DNA of 64,000 nucleotides from assembly GCA_964513145.1 (NCBI GenBank), contig CAZELK010000001.1:32001-96000 (forward strand), in the 5' to 3' direction. The stretch's first letter is position 1; every line of letters starts with the position of its first letter. The notes beneath the pieces are model-generated. The model was not told where the DNA came from. It did not search any database and saw only the letters and a list, made by a program, of their open reading frames with translations. Source of the DNA: Candidatus Woesearchaeota archaeon (GTDB lineage Archaea; Nanobdellota; Nanobdellia; SCGC-AAA011-G17; JACPIM01). Made by a program: the position numbers and the translations under genes. This document shows, piece after piece, positions 1-10,747 of this stretch.

Positions 1-1622
1 ATCATGTTTTTCACTATATCTTCTTCATCTTTTGTTGATGTAGCCTGAATACCTTTTCCACCTCTTCCTTGCTGTTTATATGTTGTTAATGGAACCTGCT
101 TAATATAACCAGAATATGTTAAAGTTACAACAATATTTTCTTCTTTTATCAGATCTTCCCGTACTATAGCATCAACTTCCTCTTCAACAATTTCTGTTCT
201 TCTTTTGTCTGAGTATTTTTCTTTTAATTCTGTTAATTCCTGTCTTATTATTTCTATTATTTTTATTTCTGAAGCTAGAATTGATCTTAATTCTTCGATT
301 AATTTCTTTGTTTTTTCCAATTCTTCCAAAACTTTTTTAGTTTCTAAATTTGTCAATCTTTGAAGACGCATTTCTAGAATTGCTATGCTTTGTTTTTCTG
401 TTAAATTAAAATTAGCAGATAAATTAGTTTTAGCTGTCTCTGCATTTTCAGACTGCTTGATTAATTCAATGACTTTGTCTATATTTGACAAGGCAATCTG
501 TAAACCTTCCAGAATATGGGCTTTCTCTTCAGCTTTGTTTAAATCGAATTTAGTTCTTTTTACAATAACTTGTTTTCTATGTAAAATGTAATTCTCAATT
601 ATTTCTTTTAAATTTAAGACCCTGGGCTCATTATTTACTAGTGCGAGCATAATTACACCAAAAGTATTTTGCAATCCAGAATGCTTGTATAATTGATTTA
701 AAATTAATTTTGGATCTTCATCTTTTTTAAGATGAATTATAACCCTTATACCAGTCTTGTCTGTTTCATCTCTTATATCTTTTATTCCTTCTACAACTCC
801 TTCTTTAACTAAATTAGCTATACCTTCTATCAACAAGGATTTATTTAACTGATAAGGGATTTCTTTTATTATTATTTTATTGTCTTCAATTTCTGTTTTG
901 GCTCTTACAATTAATTTTCCCTTTCCAGTCTTGTAATAATCTTCAACCCCTTTTTTTCCATTAATTATAGCGCCAGTTGGAAAATCCGGACCTTTAATTA
1001 TTTTCATTAATTCAGTAACATCAGCGCCAGGATTTTCTAATATTAATAATGTACCATTAATAATTTCTGATACATTATGGGGCGGAATATTTGTTGCCAT
1101 TCCGACTGCAATTCCTGTTGAACCGTTAATTAATAAGTTAGGTAATTTAGCAGGCAATACAACTGGTTCTTTTAAATTTCCATCAAAATTTGGTATAAAA
1201 TCAACTGTTTCTTTTTCAATATCTAATAACATTTCTTCAGCTAAAGCATCTAATTTTGCCTCTGTATATCTGTAAGCTGCTGGCGGGTCTCCATCAATTG
1301 AACCCCAGTTACCTTGCCCTACTATTAATTTATATCTTAAATTCCATTCCTGTCCTAATCTAACCAACGCATCATAAACAGAACTATCACCATGCGGGTG
1401 GTATTTTTTTAAAACATCTCCAACAATACCAGCGCATTTTGTGAATCTCTTATTGTGCTGCAGCCCCATTTCGTGCATTGCATAAAGAATTCTTCTATGA
1501 ACTGGCTTCAATCCGTCTTTTACATCAGGCAAGGCTCTTCCAATAATAACTGACATAGAATAATCCAAGTAAGCTTCTTTTAGTTGATCTTCAACAATTG
1601 ACTGCTTTATTTCCTGGCTCAT
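1..1622 (-). CDS. gyrA: DNA gyrase subunit A (partial, runs off the window start)
   Basis: Not in the ORF track. Manual translation from the ATG at 1622 gives MSQEIKQSIVEDQLKEAYLDYSMSVIIGRALPDVKDGLKPVHRRILYAM...KYHPHGDSSVYDAL...PPAAYRYTEAKL (catalytic Tyr). It lies directly after gyrB. Confidence 0.95.
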   Translation of the reverse strand, partial: MSQEIKQSIVEDQLKEAYLDYSMSVIIGRALPDVKDGLKPVHRRILYAMHEMGLQHNKRFTKCAGIVGDVLKKYHPHGDSSVYDALVRLGQEWNLRYKLIVGQGNWGSIDGDPPAAYRYTEAKLDALAEEMLLDIEKETVDFIPNFDGNLKEPVVLPAKLPNLLINGSTGIAVGMATNIPPHNVSEIINGTLLILENPGADVTELMKIIKGPDFPTGAIINGKKGVEDYYKTGKGKLIVRAKTEIEDNKIIIKEIPYQLNKSLLIEGIANLVKEGVVEGIKDIRDETDKTGIRVIIHLKKDEDPKLILNQLYKHSGLQNTFGVIMLALVNNEPRVLNLKEIIENYILHRKQVIVKRTKFDLNKAEEKAHILEGLQIALSNIDKVIELIKQSENAETAKTNLSANFNLTEKQSIAILEMRLQRLTNLETKKVLEELEKTKKLIEELRSILASEIKIIEIIRQELTELKEKYSDKRRTEIVEEEVDAIVREDLIKEENIVVTLTYSGYIKQVPLTTYKQQGRGGKGIQATSTKDEEDIVKNM

Positions 1623-3575
<1,953 letters not shown>

Positions 3576-3680
3576 CTATTTGAAAAAATAGTTCAAACTT
3601 TAAATACTTTTCTAAGGCTAAAAATGTATTTAATTGTATTTATAGGGCTTATAGAGTCATAGTACACTTCTAAAAATAGT

Positions 3681-3960
3681 GTAGGCATCCCAGTTCAGAG
3701 CACACGAAGACAATAGCTACCCTGGTTTTTCCTTTGTTCTGCTACCCTAACGACACCAAATCATATGCTTAAGGCTGCTTTGAACAAGCTTAGCTTTCTG
3801 TTCCCAGCCTGACCTGGTTCACATATGAAATGACCCGCCAGGACAAAACATCATTGTACAAACCAAGACTATTATCTTAGTATACTCTTATCCGGGCCTT
3901 CAGTTTCCCATAAAGTCCGTTTGGAAAATGCAGAGGACTAGCCTGCTACCTAGCCTACGC
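3681..3960 (-). ncRNA. ffs: Signal recognition particle (7S/SRP) RNA, intron-containing
   Basis: About 280 nt, relatively GC-rich and non-coding. Terminal complementarity GUAGGC/GCCUAC. Helix 8 motif GAACCAGGUCAGG-CUG-GGAA-CAG-[18 nt]-AGCAGC-CUUAAG matches the bacterial/archaeal SRP domain IV consensus. A TATA box lies about 25 nt upstream. Confidence 0.78.
3780..3797 (-). other. Putative 18-nt bulge-helix-bulge intron in SRP RNA helix 8
   Basis: Central helix GAAC/GUUC, 3-nt bulges AGA and AAA, inner stem AAGC/GCUU, outer stem AGGCUG/CAGCCU (one G-G mismatch next to the bulge). Cutting after the 2nd nt of each bulge restores CAGG-CUG-GGAA-CAG-AGCAGC. Confidence 0.72.
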
Positions 3961-3980
3961 AATAACTATTAAGTATATAG

Positions 3981-3993
3981 TTTATAAAGTTTT
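3981..3993 (-). promoter_or_regulatory. Archaeal TATA box/BRE for SRP RNA
   Basis: Minus-strand AAAAC-TTTATAAA 21-28 nt upstream of the predicted RNA 5' end at 3960. Confidence 0.55.
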
Positions 3994-4531
3994 ATTTTAA
4001 TATTATTTCATTATAAATATTTGAAGTTCTTTTTTCTAAGTCTTCTGTATCCAAATATAGTCTACAGCTTTCTAAAAACTTAACTGCCTCTGAAAGATGG
4101 CAGTGCCAGAAATATTCCTGTCTTTTAATTTGATCTGCTTTTACTTTAATTGCCCCCAGCATACGACGATCTTCATTTTTTAATTCAGGAATATGCGGTT
4201 CTGAAAAACTTAAAATATCTTCAAGCAAGATTATTGCAGCTCTTTTTAATTCATAATCAAAAGTTGAATTTAAATTAACTATTTTCTGATATTTTGTATG
4301 TACTTTATTTAATTCTTTTAATTGTGTTTCAGTTATATATGATTTTTTCTTAATATACTTTAAAGTTTTTTTAGTTTGATTTTGTAAATTATACAAGTGA
4401 TTATTTGTTGTAAGCCTTGATTCAAAAGGACTTATTTTTTCATCATGCAATATTCTGCTGAATTCTTTTAAGAATTTACTGCATTTATGCTTTTCAAGTC
4501 TTTTTTGCATACTATCAATACATAATGGCAT
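3992..4531 (-). CDS. Hypothetical protein
   Basis: 179-aa ORF filling the gap between the SRP RNA and hsp20. No recognisable motif; start uncertain. Confidence 0.6.
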   Translation of the reverse strand: MPLCIDSMQKRLEKHKCSKFLKEFSRILHDEKISPFESRLTTNNHLYNLQNQTKKTLKYIKKKSYITETQLKELNKVHTKYQKIVNLNSTFDYELKRAAIILLEDILSFSEPHIPELKNEDRRMLGAIKVKADQIKRQEYFWHCHLSEAVKFLESCRLYLDTEDLEKRTSNIYNEIILK

Positions 4532-4593
4532 TATTTAAGACATTAGTAAGATTTATATATATGTATGTATGTACATATTTACAGGTGATCAAG

Positions 4594-5139
4594 ATGAAGA
4601 GCAAAGTTTGGAGAAGCGGGAACAGCTGGGTAATTACAATACCTTCTGAAATAGCTGGAAAACTTAATTTAATGGAAAGAAAATTAATTGATTTTGATAT
4701 CAAGGATGTTTTTGAAGAAACAGAAAAACTATTTGACAATATGTTTGGGAGTGATAATATGCCAGGTATAGAACCTCTAAAAAAATTAGGAAGAAATTTA
4801 CAATTCAGACAACCTTTAATGGATTTAAAGGAGAATGAAAGAGAATTTATTGCAAATATCGAAATACCTGGTGTTGACAAAAAAGATATTCAATTAAAAA
4901 TTACAGACAATGTTTTAGAAATTAAAGTTGAAAAGAAATCAGAAGTTAATATTTCAAATGAAGAAGAAGGACTTGTAAGATCAGAAAGAGTTTACAATGG
5001 ATTTTATAGATCAATGAGTTTGCCTTCTAAAGTGATTTCTGAAAAAGCCAAAGCTTCTTATAGAAATGGTGTTTTAGAAGTCAGGCTCCCAAAGACTATG
5101 AATGAGAAAAGGAATTCCAATAACATACCTATTGAATGA
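4594..5139 (+). CDS. hsp20: Small heat-shock protein (Hsp20/alpha-crystallin) with N-terminal AbrB/MazE/SpoVT-like DNA-binding domain
   Basis: Start moved to ATG 4594, preceded by the SD AGGTGAT at 4583-4589. N-terminal KVWRSGNSWVITIP..IAGKLNL is AbrB-like. C-terminal IEIPGVDKKDI...ER.Y..FYRS..LP...A.YRNGVLEVRLPK...IPIE is alpha-crystallin with an IXI tail. Confidence 0.88.
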   Translation: MKSKVWRSGNSWVITIPSEIAGKLNLMERKLIDFDIKDVFEETEKLFDNMFGSDNMPGIEPLKKLGRNLQFRQPLMDLKENEREFIANIEIPGVDKKDIQLKITDNVLEIKVEKKSEVNISNEEEGLVRSERVYNGFYRSMSLPSKVISEKAKASYRNGVLEVRLPKTMNEKRNSNNIPIE

Positions 5140-5158
5140 TTTTTGTAAAATTTGACAT

Positions 5159-5695
5159 ATGGAAAACGAACATAGTGAAAAAAAGCACAAAGACAAAAAG
5201 AAATTAGAGCAAGACATAATCAACTTATCTAATGATCTCCGTGAAAAATCAAGTCTTGCTGAAGATAGATTAAACCAATTAAGATATCTTCAAGCAGACT
5301 TTGATAATTATAGAAAGAAATTTGACAAGGAAAAAGAAGACATCATAAAACTGGCAAATGAAAATTTAGTGAAAGAGCTTTTGGTTATAGCTGATGATTT
5401 TGAGAGATGTGTAAAAGAAACTCATGATGACAAGATAAAAAAAGGATTAGAATTAGTTTATAAAAATTTTTTAAAAATTTTGGAGAAATACGGACTAAAG
5501 CAAATAGAATCAATAGGGAAAAAATTTGACCCTAATTATCACGAAGTTTTAATGAAAGAAAATTCTGATAAAGACGGGGTTATTTTGGATGAGATTCAAA
5601 AGGGATTCATGTTAAAAAATAAAGTTATCAGGACTTCAAAAGTAAAAATTGGTGAAAAACAAAATTTAGAAAAGAATAATGTTATGGGGGAATAA
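5159..5695 (+). CDS. grpE: Nucleotide exchange factor GrpE
   Basis: LQADFDNYRK, FDPNYHE, QKGFMLKNKVIRTSKV motifs; lies upstream of dnaK. Confidence 0.95.
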   Translation: MENEHSEKKHKDKKKLEQDIINLSNDLREKSSLAEDRLNQLRYLQADFDNYRKKFDKEKEDIIKLANENLVKELLVIADDFERCVKETHDDKIKKGLELVYKNFLKILEKYGLKQIESIGKKFDPNYHEVLMKENSDKDGVILDEIQKGFMLKNKVIRTSKVKIGEKQNLEKNNVMGE

Positions 5696-5698
5696 AAA

Positions 5699-7558
5699 AT
5701 GAGTAAAGAGAAAATAATTGGAATAGATTTAGGTACGACAAATTCAGAAGCAGCAGTTATGCTGGGCGGGAAACCTACAATAGTTCCATCTGCTGAAGGT
5801 GCAACTGTTGCTGGGAAAATGTTTCCTTCTGTTGTTGCGTTTACAAAAGATGGGCAGTTGTTAGTTGGAGAACCTGCGAGGAGACAGGCAGTAAGCAATC
5901 CTGATGGAACTGTTATGGCTGCAAAAAGAAAAATTGGCGCAGACTATAAATTTAAAATTTATGGCAAGGAATACACACCACAACAAATCTCGGCTTATAT
6001 ATTACAAAAAATAAAGAAAGATGCTGAAGCTTTTTTAGGCGAGGAAATAAAAAAGGTTGTAATTACTGTTCCAGCTTATTTTAATGACAATCAAAGAACA
6101 GCAACAAAAGATGCCGGAAAAATTGCCGGCCTGGATGTTATAAGACTAGTTAATGAACCTACTGCAGCTTCAATGGCTTATGGTTTAGACAAAGAAGGGC
6201 AAGAGCAAAAAATACTAGTTTTTGATTTGGGCGGAGGAACTTTAGATGTAACTATTATGGAATTTGGGGATGGAACATTTACTGTTTTGTCTACTTCAGG
6301 AGATACACAATTAGGCGGAACTGATATGGACAAGGCTGTGATTGACTGGATTGTTAGTGAATTTAAAAAACAAGAAAATGTTGATTTAACAAAGGATAAA
6401 GCAGCTGTACAAAGAGTCAGGGATGCAGCAGAAAAAGCAAAAATAGAATTGAGTACTGTTTTAGAAACTGAAATTAATTTGCCATATATTACTGCAGACA
6501 AAGAAGGACCAAAACATTTAGTTTTAAAATTATCAAGAGCAAAGTTAGAACAATTACTTCAGCCCATAATTGACAGATGCATACACCCTGTTGAGCAGGC
6601 AATGAAGGATGCTAATTTAACTAAAGATGACATTAAAAAAGTAATTTTAGTCGGCGGACCAACAAGAATGCCAGTTGTCCAAAAATTTATTGAAGAAAAG
6701 GTAGGAAAAAAACTTGAACATGGCGTAGATCCAATGGAATGTGTAGCTGCTGGTGCTGCAATTCAAGGAGCTATTCTTTCAGGAGATGTAAAGGATTTAG
6801 TCTTGCTTGATGTTACACCCTTAACTTTAGGAATAGAAACTTTAGGCAGTGTTATGACGCCTTTAATTGAAAGGAATACTACAATTCCAACCAAAAAAAG
6901 CCAGGTATTTTCTACTGCTGCTGATTTTCAAACTGCAGTAACTGTACATGTTTTACAAGGAGAAAGACCTATAGCAAAGGATAATACAAGTCTGGGTCAA
7001 TTTAATTTAATTGGAGTTCCTCCAGCACCAAGGGGAGTGCCCCAGATTGAAGTTACTTTTGATATAGATGCTTCTGGAATTTTAAATGTACATGCAAAGG
7101 ACTTGGGTACTGGAAAAGAACAGAAGATGACAATTACAGCATCAACAAAATTAAATGACAAAGAAGTTGAAAGAATGGTTAAAGAGGCTAAAGAACATGA
7201 GGAAGAAGACAAAAAAAGAAAAGAAGAAATAGAAATCAAAAACAATGCTGACTCCCTGATTTATACTACAGAAAAAACACTTTCTGATTTGGGAGACAAA
7301 TTAGATAAGCAACATAAAGAAAAAATTGAAGGTGCTTTGAAAACTGCAAAAGATGCTTTAGCTACTAATGACCTGGAAAAAATAAAAAAAGAAACTGACA
7401 ATTTACAAAAAATTGTGCAGGAAGCCGGGGCTTCTATTTATGCTGAGGCAATGAAACAAGGGGCACAACAAGAAGAAACAAAAGAAAATACAAAGACAAA
7501 AAACAAGAAAGACAAAGTAGTAGATGCTGATTTCAAAGTTGAAGATGATAACAAATAA
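5699..7558 (+). CDS. dnaK: Chaperone DnaK (Hsp70)
   Basis: [37 protein letters not shown] motifs. Confidence 0.98.
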   Translation: MSKEKIIGIDLGTTNSEAAVMLGGKPTIVPSAEGATVAGKMFPSVVAFTKDGQLLVGEPARRQAVSNPDGTVMAAKRKIGADYKFKIYGKEYTPQQISAYILQKIKKDAEAFLGEEIKKVVITVPAYFNDNQRTATKDAGKIAGLDVIRLVNEPTAASMAYGLDKEGQEQKILVFDLGGGTLDVTIMEFGDGTFTVLSTSGDTQLGGTDMDKAVIDWIVSEFKKQENVDLTKDKAAVQRVRDAAEKAKIELSTVLETEINLPYITADKEGPKHLVLKLSRAKLEQLLQPIIDRCIHPVEQAMKDANLTKDDIKKVILVGGPTRMPVVQKFIEEKVGKKLEHGVDPMECVAAGAAIQGAILSGDVKDLVLLDVTPLTLGIETLGSVMTPLIERNTTIPTKKSQVFSTAADFQTAVTVHVLQGERPIAKDNTSLGQFNLIGVPPAPRGVPQIEVTFDIDASGILNVHAKDLGTGKEQKMTITASTKLNDKEVERMVKEAKEHEEEDKKRKEEIEIKNNADSLIYTTEKTLSDLGDKLDKQHKEKIEGALKTAKDALATNDLEKIKKETDNLQKIVQEAGASIYAEAMKQGAQQEETKENTKTKNKKDKVVDADFKVEDDNK

Positions 7559-8177
7559 ACAACATGGGGCTATAACAAAATCAGTACGACTTGGATTACA
7601 AATTCAAAAAGACTATCCCCAAGTAGCTGGAAGCCATATATCTGGAAATTCTTTAACAGAAATAACTAAAAATTTTTGTTTTCAAATTATTTATGGAACT
7701 GATTTTAAAATAGCTAGGGAAGCAGTTAGAAAAGCTTTATCAGGATATAATGGAAATTTAAGAGATTTTCCAGAAAGATACTCTGGTTTAATAAACCAGG
7801 ACGAACTAAAAAAACTAGAAAAAATCCATAAACTTGATGGAGCAAAAAAGGCTTTAGAAAATAGACTTGGAATTTGTGGTTTGACAATTGAAGAAAGAAA
7901 AATTTATTCTAGAGAGGCTGTAATAGCACAAGGAAAAACTCCATGGATTGAAAGAAAAGAAACAGAAAATTTCAGTAATTTATCAGAAATAGAATTCGCC
8001 TATATGCTTTCACAGTCTTCTGAATTTTTATTAATGCGGGGAACAAATAAAGGAAAAGTTAATTTGGAGAAAATAGCTAGCTTATTAAACCAATTTTATC
8101 ATTATGATAGAAAAATAAGAACAGCTGATAATTTGTCTGTAAAGTTAGTTCGGTTTAGAAAAATGAAAAATGGCTAA
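7545..8177 (+). CDS. Hypothetical protein inserted between dnaK and dnaJ
   Basis: Open frame overlapping both neighbours. Likely start is ATG 7545 (track start 7524). No recognised family. Confidence 0.7.
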   Translation: MITNKQHGAITKSVRLGLQIQKDYPQVAGSHISGNSLTEITKNFCFQIIYGTDFKIAREAVRKALSGYNGNLRDFPERYSGLINQDELKKLEKIHKLDGAKKALENRLGICGLTIEERKIYSREAVIAQGKTPWIERKETENFSNLSEIEFAYMLSQSSEFLLMRGTNKGKVNLEKIASLLNQFYHYDRKIRTADNLSVKLVRFRKMKNG

Positions 8178-9237
8178 AAAAGATTATTATGATATATTAG
8201 GGATTAAAAAGGATGCAAGCCAAGAAGAGATTAAAAAAGCATTCAGGCAATTAGCTAAAAAATGGCACCCGGATGTTCATTCTGACAAAAAACAAGCTGA
8301 AGAGAAATTTAAAGAAATTAACGAGGCTTTTCAAGTTTTAAATGACAAACAGAAAAGGGCACAATATGATCAATTTGGTCATGCTGATTTTAATGGACAA
8401 AATTATGGACAAGGTTTTGATTTCAATGATATTTTTAAAGGATTTGATGATTTTTTTGGCGGATTTTCAGGTTTTGGGAACAGAAAAAGAGAGCAAGAAA
8501 AAGAGTACAGATATGATGTAGAAATTTCTTTAGAAGATGCTTTTAATGGTGTTATGAAAATTGTTGAAGTACCTATATTCAGTAAATGCACACCCTGTAA
8601 TGGAACTGGTGCAGAACCTGGCTTTTTAAAAGAATGTGCTGAATGTGATGGAACTGGGAAATCAAGGAAAGTAAGAAGAACTCCTTTTGGACAAATAGTG
8701 AGTGTCAGCACATGCCATACTTGTAGCGGTACTGGAAAAATAATTTCTAAACCTTGTGAGAAATGCAAGGGAGAAGGAAAAATTAAAAGAAACAAGAAAG
8801 TTGAAGTTCAAATTCCAAGGGGTGTTGATAATGAACAATATTTAAGCATAAATCTTGAAGATAATTCTATATTATATGTTGTTATAAGCATAAAAAAGCA
8901 CGAAATATTTGACAGAGATGAAAGCAATTTATTTTGCAAGACAACTATAGATTTACTAACTGCTATTTTGGGCGGAGAAATTGAAGTACCTACTATTATA
9001 GGGAAAGGCAAATTAAAAATTCCTTCTGGAACACAAAGTCATACTATTTTTAGACTTAAAGGACAGGGCATGCCGAATGTCAATACAAATAAAAGAGGCG
9101 ACCAATTAGTCAAGATTGTAGTTGATATACCTGAGAAATTAAATAAAAAACAAGAAAACTTACTTAAAGAGATATTTGCTGAAACAAAAACAGAAACTAA
9201 AAAAGGATTTTTTGAAAAATTAAAGGAATTTGTATAA
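8170..9237 (+). CDS. dnaJ: Chaperone DnaJ
   Basis: J domain with HPD, G/F-rich region, four CxxCxGxG zinc-finger repeats. Confidence 0.97.
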   Translation: MAKKDYYDILGIKKDASQEEIKKAFRQLAKKWHPDVHSDKKQAEEKFKEINEAFQVLNDKQKRAQYDQFGHADFNGQNYGQGFDFNDIFKGFDDFFGGFSGFGNRKREQEKEYRYDVEISLEDAFNGVMKIVEVPIFSKCTPCNGTGAEPGFLKECAECDGTGKSRKVRRTPFGQIVSVSTCHTCSGTGKIISKPCEKCKGEGKIKRNKKVEVQIPRGVDNEQYLSINLEDNSILYVVISIKKHEIFDRDESNLFCKTTIDLLTAILGGEIEVPTIIGKGKLKIPSGTQSHTIFRLKGQGMPNVNTNKRGDQLVKIVVDIPEKLNKKQENLLKEIFAETKTETKKGFFEKLKEFV

Positions 9238-9368
9238 CTTTTTAGGCAGGATAAGAATTATGAATTCGTTATTTTTTAATAATAATTTCTATAATACTAC
9301 AATAATTTTCATTGCCGAAAGTTATAAATAGTCTTATAATAATAAAAATTCATAGTTATTTACTTAAA

Positions 9369-9653
9369 ATGATAGAGTTAGGGGGGAATATAAAATTAAT
9401 TGGATTTAATGATTTAGATCCAGCTTCTTTGATTGTTATTAAAAAAATTACTGGAAATTATGCTAGAAAGATTTCTGAGAAAGTAAACTCTAACTTGGAT
9501 GAATTAAGCTTAGAGTTGAAAAATGAAGCCCAGAAAAATATTAATTCTTCATTAAAGATCAAGGACAAAACATTTAATGCTGAAGTTAATGATATTAATT
9601 TATTCTATGCTCTGGACAAAGTTTTGGCTAAGCTATTAAATGAAGCCCAATAA
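9369..9653 (+). CDS. Small conserved-looking hypothetical protein (possible HPF/RaiA-like fold)
   Basis: Likely start ATG 9369 (MIELGGNIKL...). C-terminal ..FNAEVNDINLFYALDKVLAKL resembles the C-terminal strand-helix of ribosome hibernation factors (inference). Confidence 0.6.
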   Translation: MIELGGNIKLIGFNDLDPASLIVIKKITGNYARKISEKVNSNLDELSLELKNEAQKNINSSLKIKDKTFNAEVNDINLFYALDKVLAKLLNEAQ

Positions 9654-9783
9654 ATTTTCTTAAAAAGAAAATGTTTCAAGTCTATAACTTAAATATAAGC
9701 CAAATAAGATTGAATCAAACCTTGAAAAAATGATATGAAACTTTAATCATAACATTTTTATATAACCACATCATAGTAGATCC

Positions 9784-9951
9784 ATGGCTGAAGACAATAA
9801 AATTTATGTACCTGCTTCGAGCGGGGGAGTTGTAACTTATTATAATGATTTTAAGAGCAAGATAAATTTTGATCCAAATTATGTTATAGTTGCTATTGTA
9901 GCTGTTTTAGTTGTTGAATTTATATTATTTAAATTTTTTAGCATAAAATGA
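9784..9951 (+). CDS. secG: Preprotein translocase subunit Sec61beta/SecG
   Basis: Not in the track (55 aa). MAEDNKIYVPASSGGVVTYYNDFKSKINFDPNYVIVAIVAVLVVEFILFKFFSIK carries the Sec61beta P.S.GG+.Y/F...KI..DP motif plus one TM helix. Its stop overlaps the nac ATG. Confidence 0.85.
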   Translation: MAEDNKIYVPASSGGVVTYYNDFKSKINFDPNYVIVAIVAVLVVEFILFKFFSIK

Positions 9952-10277
9952 TACCTAAAATAAACCCCAGGGAAATGGAGAAAATGATGAAAAAGATGGG
10001 GTTAAAACAGGAAGAGATTGATGCTGAGGAAGTAATTATTTCCTGCAAACATAAAAAAATTATTATCAAAAACCCACAAGTTACAAAGGTTAATATGATG
10101 GGGCAAGAAACAATACAAATTCTAGGAGACATAGAGGAAGAGGAAATTACTGGTTTTAAAGATGAGGATATTCACATTGTCATGGAACAGACTGGCTGCA
10201 CTATGGAAGAGGCAAGAACTGCTTTAGAAAGTAAAAATGATATTGCTGGAGCAATATTATATCTTAAAGATAAGTAA
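9948..10277 (+). CDS. nac: Nascent polypeptide-associated complex protein (archaeal NAC)
   Basis: NPR.M..MM..MG, IDAEEVII, NPQVTK..MMGQET.QI.G, and a C-terminal UBA domain (DI..VMEQTG...EEAR.AL...DIA.AI). Confidence 0.93.
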   Translation: MIPKINPREMEKMMKKMGLKQEEIDAEEVIISCKHKKIIIKNPQVTKVNMMGQETIQILGDIEEEEITGFKDEDIHIVMEQTGCTMEEARTALESKNDIAGAILYLKDK

Positions 10278-10285
10278 TTATTTTT

Positions 10286-10747
10286 ATGGATTTATTTTTA
10301 GAACAGATAGAAGAAGCAAAAAAGGCTCTTAGGATAGCTGACCATCTTGCTTATGTTACGTTCCCTTTAATTGGAGATGAAAAAATAACAAACATGATTA
10401 CGAACAATTTACAAATTTCAGCAATTAAATCTTTAGAGGCTTTGCTTAATTACGAGAAATATTACAAAAGAATTTCCAACATACCTGAAACTTTTGATGA
10501 TAAATTTGATATTTTTAAGATGGAAGTTTCTAAAAGGTACAATATAGGTAGTGAGATTATATTTACAATAAAAGAAATTAATGATATAAGCAGCAAAAAA
10601 GATCTTAATTTGAATTTTGATTTTTTCCAAGACAATTATAAATTTAAAAAATTAGGATTAAAGAAAATAAAAGAATATATAAATATTGTAAAATTATTAG
10701 TAAACAAAATAGATTTTATTATAGGAAAGAATGCTCGAAGACTTTGA
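10286..10747 (+). CDS. Hypothetical protein (paralog of 10731..11165)
   Basis: 153-aa ORF sharing the ADHLxYVT motif with the next ORF. Confidence 0.75.
   Translation: MDLFLEQIEEAKKALRIADHLAYVTFPLIGDEKITNMITNNLQISAIKSLEALLNYEKYYKRISNIPETFDDKFDIFKMEVSKRYNIGSEIIFTIKEINDISSKKDLNLNFDFFQDNYKFKKLGLKKIKEYINIVKLLVNKIDFIIGKNARRL

Noticed and set aside
3681-3960. RNase P RNA as the identity of this ncRNA (AACAGAA resembles conserved region V, and rnp1 is in the window)
   Set aside because: No GAGGAAAGUCC-type conserved region I or P4 pairing on either strand; the SRP domain IV match after intron removal is far better.
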